Position numbers and translations under genes: made by a program. Shown one piece after another: positions 7,962 through 17,457 of a DNA stretch of 64,000 nt. The stretch's first letter is position 1, and every line of letters starts with the position of its first letter. The notes under the pieces were generated by a model. That model saw only the letters and a list, made by a program, of their open reading frames with translations. It made no database searches and had not been told where the DNA came from. Location of the stretch: the sequence record PP456879.1. One strand, written 5' to 3'.

Positions 7962-9032
7962 ACGCTGGTAGAGCTGGCAGCTCAATGCACGTTTAGGAAC
8001 ACCAAGTTTATCCCACAGTGCGTGATCAGTTTCCGGTTGCGCACCTTCAAGGAAAATACGTTGAGCTTCAGTGTCGTTAAGTTTGACCCAGTCATACCGT
8101 TCTTCTAGCGTCAGTTCACGAGTCCAGAACTGAAAGAAGCTATGACATGGTGGGAGCGCCTGTTCATCAACGAGTTGCGGTGACCACGCACAAACGATGA
8201 TTCGACGGGAATCAGGGTTTGTCTTAAGTTGATCAATCACGTCTTGAATTTGATCAATACGACGTGTTACAACACAGCGGTCATTCTCCATACACGTACC
8301 AGGAATATCAACTACGAAGTTAAAGCCACGCTTCTCATAATCCACCCACTCATATTTAGGGATTACACGAGTGTCTTCAAGATCACGCCAAGTCTTACCG
8401 TAAACGGCACCTAGATCGCCCCCGATGAGTTTCAGAGGCTTAACTCCAAATAGCAATTTATATAGTCGTTTACCATATTCATATTTAATTAGTTCTGGTG
8501 TTACACTCTCATCGAAATCTATAGTAGATACTGCCAGCCATTGGCTAGTGTTAACACCAATTACATGCGTAGCATCAATATTAATGGTTGGATATTGATT
8601 CCAAAAGCTAGCTATCTCATCATCACTTAAAGAAGCTTCAAACTCATCTCTAGTTTGAATGATTACTTCATCATCTAAACAATGAAAATAAAGGGCAAAT
8701 GGGCCACCAACTTTCTTTAGAATAGCTGAGTCAAGCTCTTCTTGATTTAACTCACGATACATCGCGGTATTTGGTTTAACCCATTCATTCCAAATGCGTA
8801 CGCCATTTTCAATTAAATAATCTACACGAGTATCACCAGAAAGCATCCAGAACAATTCATGGATAACAGATGGAAGATGAATTTTCTTAGTAGTTACTAC
8901 GGGTAGAACGTTGTTACGTAAACTATAACGTTCTTGTTGACCAAACATGCTCTGAGTACCAGTACCAGTACGGTCACCTTTATGCACACCGTGTTCTTTA
9001 ACTAAACGAATTGAATTAAGATATTGTTCCAT
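7962..9032 (-). CDS. thyA: thymidylate synthase, exon 1 (with large insertions)
   Basis: DRTGTGT, PVVTTKKIHLPSVIHELFW, GDLGAVYG, NPDSRR, ALPPCH catalytic Cys, CQLYQR; the apparent TAA stop is the first intron triplet. Confidence 0.95.
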
Positions 9033-9232
9033 TACTTGATCCTCGGATTGTCTACTAGTCCACAGTTGAACCAGAGATGTTTATCATGGCGGCGATCATC
9101 ACTAATAGATACGATCGTACCCTTACCATCTTTAAAGTTAATAATCAATGCCCGAACTCGACCATGGGAGAGAGCATTGAAAATTTTGTACGACTTTACA
9201 CTGAATGCGATTCTTTCATCAAGACGATCCAT
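9032..9232 (-). CDS. hypothetical protein
   Basis: 66 aa, SD GAGG, TAATG-coupled to thyA. Confidence 0.65.
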   Translation of the reverse strand: MDRLDERIAFSVKSYKIFNALSHGRVRALIINFKDGKGTIVSISDDRRHDKHLWFNCGLVDNPRIK

Positions 9233-9259
9233 ATTTCATTCCTCTAACCTTACTGGTAA

Positions 9260-9553
9260 TCACAGATCAACCTCTATCCGTTTGTATTTGATATTAACTG
9301 GAATACCTAATTCATTTTTTACAAGATTAAATGAGTTTTTCGATGGAGTGTATGTAGCAACTATAACGGCTTGGCTATCAGCTACAACTACATCTCGCCA
9401 TTCCATGTGCATGTTATCGAAATCATCTTTACCCATAATCAAGTAATAAGACGTATCATTATGCGTAATGGTATTTTCAAACGGTCTAATTACAAAAGCA
9501 CTTAAACTAGACTGTATACGGTGTCCTACTTGTTCAAGTGTAACTGTATACAT
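9260..9553 (-). CDS. hypothetical protein
   Basis: 97 aa, SD GGAGG. Confidence 0.72.
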   Translation of the reverse strand: MYTVTLEQVGHRIQSSLSAFVIRPFENTITHNDTSYYLIMGKDDFDNMHMEWRDVVVADSQAVIVATYTPSKNSFNLVKNELGIPVNIKYKRIEVDL

Positions 9554-9574
9554 AAAACCTCCTAGACGGCATAC

Positions 9575-9593
9575 GGGAGTCCCGAAGGACCCC
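9575..9593 (-). terminator. probable terminator, UUCG loop
   Basis: GGGGTCC-TTCG-GGACTCCC with a one-base bulge. Confidence 0.55.
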
Positions 9594-9658
9594 CTAAGCG
9601 CAACTAACCAATCGGCCAGTATTTTGCCTATAATATTAGTCTATTAAAAGTATTTTTA

Positions 9659-10366
9659 TTACAGACCAATACGAGTCAAAATTTCAGCCCAACCTTTCTC
9701 TTTAGCATATCGCAATAGGCTATTTTCAATATGGGTTTCACTATAGACAATAGGCTCATGACCACCTTGTACATGATACATTGTTAATGGTTCCACCACA
9801 TGTTGACTAGACCAAGCATCGTATAAACGATCATTGATTTTAATCACCACATATACCATCAATTTATCGTCGATGTCAAGATCAATACCTGCTACAAATG
9901 CATTAACATTGGAACGCACTTGGTCAGCAGTTAGTTGCACTTGCAGCCCGCCATGTACTTCAAATTCGATATCACAGATATTCTTATTTAACCAAGTATA
10001 CACTGCCTGATTAGCATATGTCTCAATTGGATCACTACTACGTAAATCTATTAATGGGCCATATGTTTCTAATGATGAGACACTGGTATCAACTAAGTCA
10101 TTCAATGAGTATTCGGTACTAGAACAACTATCTAAAACACAGATAGTGTTATCCTCGATATGGATAGGTAATACCTTGAATACCACATTAGCAACATTAG
10201 GTAATGAGGTACCTGGTTCAGAACTATTGAATGGAGTATAAAATAATCGATCAGCCACTTCATTATCAATAGTTGATACATCCATTGGAACGAATCCATT
10301 AAGATCTTGTTTGATTACGTCATTGTGTCCAATTCCAGAAAAAGATAAATACATTTTCTCAGACAT
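9659..10366 (-). CDS. hypothetical protein
   Basis: 235-aa ORF. Confidence 0.75.
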   Translation of the reverse strand: MSEKMYLSFSGIGHNDVIKQDLNGFVPMDVSTIDNEVADRLFYTPFNSSEPGTSLPNVANVVFKVLPIHIEDNTICVLDSCSSTEYSLNDLVDTSVSSLETYGPLIDLRSSDPIETYANQAVYTWLNKNICDIEFEVHGGLQVQLTADQVRSNVNAFVAGIDLDIDDKLMVYVVIKINDRLYDAWSSQHVVEPLTMYHVQGGHEPIVYSETHIENSLLRYAKEKGWAEILTRIGL

Positions 10367-10374
10367 ATCCGTAC

Positions 10375-10632
10375 CTATTTATTTACACAGATTAGAGTAT
10401 GTTCTACTTTACTAGTACTAGAAGAAAAATAACGTAATAGAACACCATCACTGATTTTTACAGTCTCTACATTATTACGAATAGCACTTGCTTTAGCTAG
10501 TTTTTGAATGCGCTCAATCGCGCTAAAACAAGTAGCCATGTCAGAGAACTCAGCGGTTGACTGCGATGCACCATTGGCTTGATAACCAGCGATACTGATA
10601 CTACTAAAAAGAATTGCTAAAGTTGCATTCAT
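10375..10632 (-). CDS. small exported protein (signal peptide, Cys pair)
   Basis: MNATLAILFSSISIAGYQANGA signal-like N-terminus; two Cys (TCF, ICV). Confidence 0.65.
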   Translation of the reverse strand: MNATLAILFSSISIAGYQANGASQSTAEFSDMATCFSAIERIQKLAKASAIRNNVETVKISDGVLLRYFSSSTSKVEHTLICVNK

Positions 10633-11537
10633 TTCTTACCACCTTTAATAACAGTGAGTTTTGGTGTACCGGTAGGACGAGAAGGTTTATTAATAATAAC
10701 CTGCGAATTGGAAGAATTATTGAAATCCTCAACCATCTTATTTACATCATTGTCAAATGAATTAGATGTATTATCACCCGAGTCCACAGTTGATTCACTA
10801 ACCACATTTGAAATAGGGTAACTGAGGAGTTCCATCATAAGTACATTGATGTTATCCTGATAGTTTTCATTACGTGTACAATTAATAACCCGCTCACACC
10901 AATCCATAATTAATTCTGGTGCATTCTGTTTAATTACAGTTACCGCTACTCTAATATGTGCATCTAATTCTGGATTACTAAATTCAGTTACTCTGTTAAT
11001 GGCGCTTTCAATCATCTGATCATGCTCATTCTCAGATGTATTCCTTACAACTAACTTACCATTAGTGGTATCGGCTTTATTTTTAAAATTAACCTCAGTG
11101 ACATTACCTACGGTAGTTAATACTGGGTTTTTGTCAACTACATTATTAACAGTTCCTTCTAATGTTGCACGAATAGTATCTGCATTGAGATATCTATCTA
11201 CTAGTGGCATTTCAAAGAATGCGTTAGAATTATCATCAATAGGTGTAACTACACCCAATACTGCATAAAGAGGAAGTTTAATACTGACCCCAACTCCATT
11301 TACTGTTACATTGAAAGAGATATATTCGTCACTGATATAAAAATTCTTTGCACAGCGTGGATGGATATTGAAAGTGATAGTGTGATCTTCTTTCGCATGC
11401 TTTAGAGCTACCTCAGATAAATCAGGTACTAATTGAGTATGTGCTACAATTAGAATATCTCTGAAGTTATTCTCAAGAAACCAATCATAGGTAGCTCGAA
11501 GAATATGGCCAGTGAGTAATGATTTTACCTTTAGCAT
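10629..11537 (-). CDS. sspB: SspB-like ClpXP adaptor (stringent starvation protein B)
   Basis: LRATYDWFLEN..ILIVA..ITFNIHPRC..ISFNVTVNGV..IKLPLYAVLGV matches the SspB core; C-terminal RPTGTPKLTVIK resembles the ClpX-binding tail RGGRPALRVVK. Confidence 0.85.
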   Translation of the reverse strand: MLKVKSLLTGHILRATYDWFLENNFRDILIVAHTQLVPDLSEVALKHAKEDHTITFNIHPRCAKNFYISDEYISFNVTVNGVGVSIKLPLYAVLGVVTPIDDNSNAFFEMPLVDRYLNADTIRATLEGTVNNVVDKNPVLTTVGNVTEVNFKNKADTTNGKLVVRNTSENEHDQMIESAINRVTEFSNPELDAHIRVAVTVIKQNAPELIMDWCERVINCTRNENYQDNINVLMMELLSYPISNVVSESTVDSGDNTSNSFDNDVNKMVEDFNNSSNSQVIINKPSRPTGTPKLTVIKGGKK

Positions 11538-11559
11538 ATTTGTATTACCTTTAAATAAA

Positions 11560-12027
11560 TTATAGGAAGATATCTTCTACTGAGGGCACTATATTCTTTT
11601 CTTTTACAAGTTCAGTAGATTTGGTATAATGTGCATTAAATAGTTTCTTTAAATCTGCTTTTTCATATTTTACAGTATCTGCTAATTTCCAAATAGTAAG
11701 ACCTAGATGAATACTAACTGAATTAATATGTTTTACGCATAGATCAATTAATTTGTTAAACTCTTCTAATTCATTTTTAATCAACGTTGCATCTAAAGCT
11801 TGGTGCAAACGATTAGATAATTTAACTTTATCTTTGTCAATTGTAAAGTTATTTTCAATATCCTTAGCACTCATCGGTGGTTCAACTTTATACCACACAT
11901 TGGTTAGTTTACCGTCCACACGCGTCGTGATGGGATGTTTATAATCAGTCCAACTTCTATGTAGATTATGTTTATCATCAAGAACATCTACAGTAACTTT
12001 CTCATTACCTGTAAAGAATGGATACAT
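11560..12027 (-). CDS. hypothetical protein
   Basis: 155-aa ORF. Confidence 0.72.
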   Translation of the reverse strand: MYPFFTGNEKVTVDVLDDKHNLHRSWTDYKHPITTRVDGKLTNVWYKVEPPMSAKDIENNFTIDKDKVKLSNRLHQALDATLIKNELEEFNKLIDLCVKHINSVSIHLGLTIWKLADTVKYEKADLKKLFNAHYTKSTELVKEKNIVPSVEDIFL

Positions 12028-12200
12028 TAGGTTGCCTTTATTTTATCAATGAGTAATTTTAATAGTTCATCATTAGTTAAATTGTCTTTATTTTTAATAA
12101 TGTCTTTTAGTTTAAACATATTGAAAGTATACCACAACCACTTATGAATTATATAACAAATCACTATAACTAATAATAGTAGTGAATGTAATGCTAGCAT
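12027..12200 (-). CDS. small 57-aa membrane protein (not in ORF track)
   Basis: MLALHSLLLLVIVICYIIHKWLWYTFNMFKLKDIIKNKDNLTNDELLKLLIDKIKAT*; SD AGGT; TAATG-coupled to 11560..12027; first gene after the 12237 promoter. Confidence 0.7.
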   Translation of the reverse strand: MLALHSLLLLVIVICYIIHKWLWYTFNMFKLKDIIKNKDNLTNDELLKLLIDKIKAT

Positions 12201-12236
12201 TATAACTACCTATTTTGATATGACTTGACCAAATAT

Positions 12237-12261
12237 GTAATATAGATTTCAAAAAAAATTT
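12237..12261 (-). promoter_or_regulatory. phiKZ-type early promoter
   Basis: AAATTTTTTTTGAAATC-TATATTAC. Confidence 0.8.
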
Positions 12262-12271
12262 AATGCAATAA

Positions 12272-12293
12272 AGGAGAGCTAAATAGCTCTCCT
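12272..12293 (-). terminator. intrinsic terminator
   Basis: AGGAGAGCT-ATTT-AGCTCTCCT followed by TTATT. Confidence 0.75.
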
Positions 12294-12301
12294 ATTTATG
12301 C

Positions 12302-12592
12302 TTATTTATTTTTCTTTCTTGACTTATCTTTAATAACTAAGTCTAATGCTTCAAACATTTTAACAGCAGTTAAATGGTCGATAGAGTATGCCTTTTTACG
12401 TAAACGTCCAATAGCTACTGTATACTGGTATTCAGATAAACCATCACTCATATTGTCAATAATTGATAGTGCTTCTTTATAAAGCCTGTTACACTTTATC
12501 GTGTGTTTGATGGCATAATAACCCCAGTTAATTAAAGCCATCATTATAATCAGAAACAAAATACCTATAATTACTGTCATGATATCATTCAT
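12302..12592 (-). CDS. membrane-anchored protein, paralog A
   Basis: N-terminal TM VIIGILFLIIMMALINWGYY; shares YK...ID.M..G.S...Y..A with 12585..12902. Confidence 0.72.
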   Translation of the reverse strand: MNDIMTVIIGILFLIIMMALINWGYYAIKHTIKCNRLYKEALSIIDNMSDGLSEYQYTVAIGRLRKKAYSIDHLTAVKMFEALDLVIKDKSRKKNK

Positions 12593-12902
12593 TTGCTGTT
12601 TCCCTATTATTACATTTTAATATAATCAATGAGTTGATATCGTAAATAAAAGATGTAAAAATATGTTGATTTGTTATTTTAGATGATTCTTTATCTATAA
12701 TGTCTTGGACAGCATTTTGATAGAAAAAATAACTTATGCCATTGGGCATTTTATCTAATACATATCTAACCTTATAAACACCCATCCAGTGAATATAATG
12801 ATTTTTTATATTAATAATGAAAGTTACACATGTTGATATAGCCGTTAGTGTTATCATTGATATAACAAATACTTTATACATTTGCAACCCACAGATTCTC
12901 AT
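12585..12902 (-). CDS. membrane-anchored protein, paralog B
   Basis: N-terminal TM VFVISMITLTAISTCVTFII; motif YKVRYVLDKMPNGISYFFYQNAV. Confidence 0.7.
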   Translation of the reverse strand: MRICGLQMYKVFVISMITLTAISTCVTFIINIKNHYIHWMGVYKVRYVLDKMPNGISYFFYQNAVQDIIDKESSKITNQHIFTSFIYDINSLIILKCNNRETANE

Positions 12903-12915
12903 CTAGATGAAATAA

Positions 12916-12935
12916 ACCAGCCCCGAAGGGCTGGT
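12916..12935 (-). terminator. intrinsic terminator, UUCG loop
   Basis: ACCAGCCC-TTCG-GGGCTGGT followed by TTATTT. Confidence 0.8.
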
Positions 12936-12937
12936 AT

Positions 12938-13306
12938 TTATTTTACAACCACAGCTTTACCGTAGTTGTTATCCATACAGGTTTTAAATGATGTAACGTA
13001 TGCATCACGTGGGCTTTGTCTACGTGAATACACAACGTGCACCTCTTTAATTGCTGCTGGGAGAACATTGTAAAGAACGTTATCTTTGTTCTTCACGCCG
13101 TACCCTTTTAGGGATCGTAGGTTTTCTTCCCATTGTAAAATGGGTGTTTTACGCTGACGTGCTTCTGCTGTGGCATGTGCTATAAGTGCAACACCATTAC
13201 AGTAATTCTCGTCAACTACCAACGATGCAGCTAGTGGGTTTGATACGTATAACAACGTACTTAATACGGCCACTAACTTCATTACGTGTGTTAAACATTG
13301 CATCAC
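12938..13306 (-). CDS. exported protein with signal peptide
   Basis: MKLVAVLSTLLYVSNPLAA signal-like segment; Cys pair (YCNG, KTCM). Confidence 0.7.
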   Translation of the reverse strand: MMQCLTHVMKLVAVLSTLLYVSNPLAASLVVDENYCNGVALIAHATAEARQRKTPILQWEENLRSLKGYGVKNKDNVLYNVLPAAIKEVHVVYSRRQSPRDAYVTSFKTCMDNNYGKAVVVK

Positions 13307-13359
13307 GTTGTACCTAGGTTGCTAAGATCAGAATATAAAGCTACTAAAATAGCCTTAAA

Positions 13360-13959
13360 TCATTCTACAACCTTAACGTTACCATCTTCAATAACTAGAT
13401 CTTTACCTACAACATCGGCAAGATCTAACTTATCTTTTACTTCCAGTTTCTTGATACTGTGTACAAAACGGAATACAGATAGACGAAGAATTAGTTCTTC
13501 TGGTACATCAACAACATCAATAAAGTATTCTGATGGGTTGATATCACAATTGACATATTCCCAACTTTGTCTTAGTTCAGTTTCATTCTCAGTTACTTGT
13601 GCATCAAGAACTTCTTCAAAGTTAATATTGGCAATATTAGTATCATTATCATTCAGATAAGTAAATTGAAGACTAGCATTATTAATGAATTCTTCTTCAA
13701 CTACAGTTAGTGCACGTTGAGCGTGAATGGGTAGATGATATCGAATACACCCATTAATAATAACCTCATTTGCCTTTTCAATATAACGTTCTTCTTTGAA
13801 TTTTACATTAGATACGACGTAATCTAGGATTGCCTTGTAATATTCTTTATGATCTGGGTGGCTCTTTTCAATCCACTGTCGGCTACTTACGCTAATTTTT
13901 TTCTCGGCTAGAAAATCTCGGAATTTAGCACGATCGATATAAGCGGTACGTTTTTTCAT
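13360..13959 (-). CDS. hypothetical protein
   Basis: 199 aa, SD AGGA. Confidence 0.75.
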   Translation of the reverse strand: MKKRTAYIDRAKFRDFLAEKKISVSSRQWIEKSHPDHKEYYKAILDYVVSNVKFKEERYIEKANEVIINGCIRYHLPIHAQRALTVVEEEFINNASLQFTYLNDNDTNIANINFEEVLDAQVTENETELRQSWEYVNCDINPSEYFIDVVDVPEELILRLSVFRFVHSIKKLEVKDKLDLADVVGKDLVIEDGNVKVVE

Positions 13960-13971
13960 CAGTAGTTCCTA

Positions 13972-14487
13972 TTATTTAACATTTCTAGGTGTTAGTTCGA
14001 TATGTGAACAGATCACATAAGATGCACATGCCAGTACATCTAAACCATAATACTCATCATAATGGAAATATCCTCTGAGATTACCTTGTTTAGTAAAGGT
14101 GTATTCATCAGCTAAATCTAACTCGTTACTTGTCTCTAGCACATTGATTAATTTATCATATTCAACTTTTAGTGCTATATCAGTACAGATTATTTGCTTG
14201 ATATATTTATCAGAGTTTGGATCATTTTTATAATCTAAAGTATCAGTTAATACAGTGGTTAATGCTAGAATAACATAGTCATGGTAACTTTCCGGTTGTT
14301 TAATCTCACCTTCAGGTATTTCAATCCATTCCCAACCATGTCGTAATATATTTAGCATTACATGCCACTTACTGGTTTCATTACTAACCACAGCTATTGG
14401 TGAATCATTATAAGGTTTATACAAACCTGTTGTTTTTAAAAGATCTTTTTTAATAGCAGCTATATATAACGGGCGGTTTTCTGACAT
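13972..14487 (-). CDS. hypothetical protein
   Basis: 171-aa ORF. Confidence 0.72.
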   Translation of the reverse strand: MSENRPLYIAAIKKDLLKTTGLYKPYNDSPIAVVSNETSKWHVMLNILRHGWEWIEIPEGEIKQPESYHDYVILALTTVLTDTLDYKNDPNSDKYIKQIICTDIALKVEYDKLINVLETSNELDLADEYTFTKQGNLRGYFHYDEYYGLDVLACASYVICSHIELTPRNVK

Positions 14488-14496
14488 TTTTATAAC

Positions 14497-14826
14497 TCAC
14501 ATATATTTCAAATGTTTGCCAATTGGTCTGTTAGGGTTATACATATAACCACGACCTGCTGCTGCCCTAATTACTAATTTCTGCATATCTGTTAATTTTC
14601 TATAATTATCACCAATTAATTTAAGTATAATACTTTCTATAGAATCATTAGTTAATTCAGAAGGATCTGTTACTTTGAAATAATTATATACTAATTCTCT
14701 TTTAACTAGAAAATCAACTCTTCGTTTTTCTTTAATTCGTTTATAACGTTGCGATACATGGATAAATGAAAATAAAACAACTATCCAGAATAAGGTCAAA
14801 AGTAGGTACTCATCAACTACATTCAT
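14497..14826 (-). CDS. membrane-anchored hypothetical protein
   Basis: YLLLTLFWIVVLFSFIHV TM segment followed by a basic stretch. Confidence 0.7.
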   Translation of the reverse strand: MNVVDEYLLLTLFWIVVLFSFIHVSQRYKRIKEKRRVDFLVKRELVYNYFKVTDPSELTNDSIESIILKLIGDNYRKLTDMQKLVIRAAAGRGYMYNPNRPIGKHLKYM

Positions 14827-14828
14827 TT

Positions 14829-15152
14829 TTAATCCCTATCTTTTTTTTTCAAATTATCTTGTAACTCAACTAGTGTTCTGTTTAATAAACTAATTTGTTT
14901 CTGTTGTTCACATACAAGTTCACTTAACGTATTAATCTGTGCCTGTAGTTCTTTAGTATTAGTATCAATAACATCAAGAATATATTCTTTATTTTTCTTA
15001 GGCATTCTTTGCTTCCTCAACGTTAATTCACCAAACGGCAGAAAAGATGACTGGGCAGCCAACACTCTTTTAGAATGTCTTTTGCCCAGTCTTTTAAATG
15101 TCTTACGAAGTTTAATTGGTATAAGCATTAAATAATATCTCTTGATGCCCAT
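14829..15152 (-). CDS. hypothetical protein with C-terminal coiled coil
   Basis: heptad pattern LQAQINTLSELVCEQQKQISLLNRTLVELQ. Confidence 0.65.
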   Translation of the reverse strand: MGIKRYYLMLIPIKLRKTFKRLGKRHSKRVLAAQSSFLPFGELTLRKQRMPKKNKEYILDVIDTNTKELQAQINTLSELVCEQQKQISLLNRTLVELQDNLKKKDRD

Positions 15153-15562
15153 GTACCATCTACAGAGTCATTTACAAATGGTGCACGGTCACCAGGTATT
15201 ACTTGAGCCCATAAATCCACTTCAAGTAATATCCGACGACATGCATAAAAAGGCTCTACTTCTACCCTGTATGAATTATCTTTAGGATCAATATACACAG
15301 TAGCAACTAGCTTAGGCTGGGCTCTTCGCCATTTATCCCATACTTTAAGAATTACTTCGCCTTCCATTCTGGCTATACGTGGAGTTATCTTTACCTCACT
15401 AATGATTAGCCCATCTGGACCTACCACTCGTTTAGGGGATAGCCATTTATGATAACCAATATCATTAATCCCATTCTTTGAAAATACCGAGTCTTCAAGA
15501 TATCCTCTCACACCAGGGTATAACGGAACCATTGTAAGCATATGACACCTATAGTGATCCAT
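15128..15562 (-). CDS. hypothetical protein (beta-rich paralog family)
   Basis: 144 aa, overlaps both neighbours. Confidence 0.7.
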   Translation of the reverse strand: MDHYRCHMLTMVPLYPGVRGYLEDSVFSKNGINDIGYHKWLSPKRVVGPDGLIISEVKITPRIARMEGEVILKVWDKWRRAQPKLVATVYIDPKDNSYRVEVEPFYACRRILLEVDLWAQVIPGDRAPFVNDSVDGTWASRDII

Positions 15563-15947
15563 TGGATGCCCATAAAACTGAATAAGGATTTTGAGTTAAT
15601 TGGAATCTAATTGCAAAGTTTTCGATTTCCCAAAAACGATCAGTCTTATTCCACTCTAATTCCTTTTTCGCCAGATCAACATTAATTGTTGATATAATAC
15701 GATTACGCTCTTCTTCAAATACAGTAAACCTGACGATTGCTGGAAATAAGCAATCTCTTTCTTTATAAAAGTTTAGAGTATTCTTATCGATATAACCTGG
15801 TCCTGGAATAATTTCAAGGATATTAAAATCAGTCCATCCTAAGTCTGGTGTACCTAGATCAGGTAAATGTTTTAAAACCCCATTGCGTATAAAGGGTTTT
15901 CCATATTCTAGTGTGACCTCATGAAAAGAAGAACCATAGATTTTCAT
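15549..15947 (-). CDS. hypothetical protein (beta-rich paralog family)
   Basis: 132 aa; FTVFEEERNRIISTINVD resembles LKVWDKWRRAQPKLVATVYID of 15128..15562. Confidence 0.7.
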   Translation of the reverse strand: MKIYGSSFHEVTLEYGKPFIRNGVLKHLPDLGTPDLGWTDFNILEIIPGPGYIDKNTLNFYKERDCLFPAIVRFTVFEEERNRIISTINVDLAKKELEWNKTDRFWEIENFAIRFQLTQNPYSVLWASNGSL

Positions 15948-16107
15948 ACAACCACCGTGCGTTTTAATTCATAGGGTTAGTATGTTTAGTACCGTTTGAA
16001 TTTTATTTCATTACAGATGATCGCTTTGTTATATTTGGTGTTTGAATATTTTAGACTAGTTTCAATAAATGCTTTCTTTTTCATATATACACTTACGCAA
16101 AATAAAT

Positions 16108-16130
16108 AGGGACTCTCATTAAGAGTCCCT
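16108..16130 (-). terminator. intrinsic terminator
   Basis: AGGGACTCT-loop-AGAGTCCCT followed by ATTTATTTT. Confidence 0.75.
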
Positions 16131-16135
16131 TAATA

Positions 16136-16468
16136 TTAAACGAATAATAACTCCAGTACTAATACTGGAAATTTATGCCGATATTGTGGATGTACATACG
16201 TATGAAATTTATGTGTGCCTAAATGGAATTCAACGTACAGTACAATAAAATCTTTAGCTACATTTCGATCATGTACGTAAATAGTGAGTATTTCACCATC
16301 ATCATCTTTCTTACGTCCATAATCAAAATAGTAATTTTTGTTATCAGCTATCCCTTCAGCATTTAATTGAATGCCCCTTACATCAACAACATTTAAACTA
16401 GAATCTTCATTAAATAAAGATCTAGTGCTACCATGGTAAACCATTAATGGATCTAATTGAATCTGCAT
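16136..16468 (-). CDS. hypothetical protein
   Basis: 110 aa, SD GAGGA. Confidence 0.72.
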   Translation of the reverse strand: MQIQLDPLMVYHGSTRSLFNEDSSLNVVDVRGIQLNAEGIADNKNYYFDYGRKKDDDGEILTIYVHDRNVAKDFIVLYVEFHLGTHKFHTYVHPQYRHKFPVLVLELLFV

Positions 16469-16536
16469 GTGTTAGTCCTCTACTATGTAGTGAGGCACAT
16501 GCCTCACTTATATTGTTTTAATTTTCATATTAATGA

Positions 16537-16884
16537 TCAATTAAAGTTAACAGTGCTATAAGCTTTACCTAATGCTGTAAATAGTTCTTCATTAAGTTCA
16601 TCAAATTCTAACCAACCATTCATTTCACCTAAGATAGTTTTAACAATCGTAAGATTAACAATCTCAGAGCTAGGAATGATATCTCGAATTCTCTCATGGA
16701 AATTAACTACTTGTTGAATACTTACTTTAGTATCATTGACTGAGATATCATCATCAGTTAACTTATTAATAGCCATCATCGCTATACGTGAGAATAGATC
16801 AGTATGTTCTTCCTTAACAATTTCCCATGCTGCATTAAAGGAGTCAAGAACATCTAGATCATCAGAATTTAGTTGCTTTTGCAT
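16537..16884 (-). CDS. hypothetical protein
   Basis: 115 aa, SD GAGG. Confidence 0.72.
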   Translation of the reverse strand: MQKQLNSDDLDVLDSFNAAWEIVKEEHTDLFSRIAMMAINKLTDDDISVNDTKVSIQQVVNFHERIRDIIPSSEIVNLTIVKTILGEMNGWLEFDELNEELFTALGKAYSTVNFN

Positions 16885-16986
16885 TTTAACCTCTTAAACA
16901 TTATAACACATATACCCCACAACATAAGTCATGGAGTATATGCCTCGAAAGGTACGTAATAGAAATACTACTACATAGTATTGTAT

Positions 16987-17457
16987 TTACTCATTAATAA
17001 CAGATACTTTGTTATTCTCAGCTTTACTTTTAGCCGATAGCGCTAAATAGAGACAACTATACCAAGTGAAGTAGTCTCTTGGGAAATAGCCCTTTAAAAA
17101 AGTAGCCATATTTTTAGCACACGCTTTATTAATATTCTTATTAATGATTTTCCTCTCATTCATTATTTTACAAGCTAACAATGAATAATGTAGTTGATTA
17201 TTAGTACTTAGGTCTTCAAGGAATAGTTCTTTCACTGCTTGTGGCTTAGAACTTAGACACATTATAATTTCTTGAACAATATAGTCATTCGTCACTGAAT
17301 GAATAAGTTCAAGATAGAGTGAAAGATTAATCGAATACAGATCTTGTTTATTATTGAAAATGTATCCATTTCTATCTAATGTAACTAATTTCTTATATGT
17401 GGGTGACATCTTTTCATTAACTATTTTATAAAAAAGACTAATCACTAATTTAATCAT
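16987..17457 (-). CDS. hypothetical protein
   Basis: 156-aa ORF overlapping the upstream gene. Confidence 0.65.
   Translation of the reverse strand: MIKLVISLFYKIVNEKMSPTYKKLVTLDRNGYIFNNKQDLYSINLSLYLELIHSVTNDYIVQEIIMCLSSKPQAVKELFLEDLSTNNQLHYSLLACKIMNERKIINKNINKACAKNMATFLKGYFPRDYFTWYSCLYLALSAKSKAENNKVSVINE

Noticed and set aside
15987-16084. 32-aa ORF MKKKAFIETS...
   Set aside because: No convincing SD and it lies just after a terminator; insufficient support
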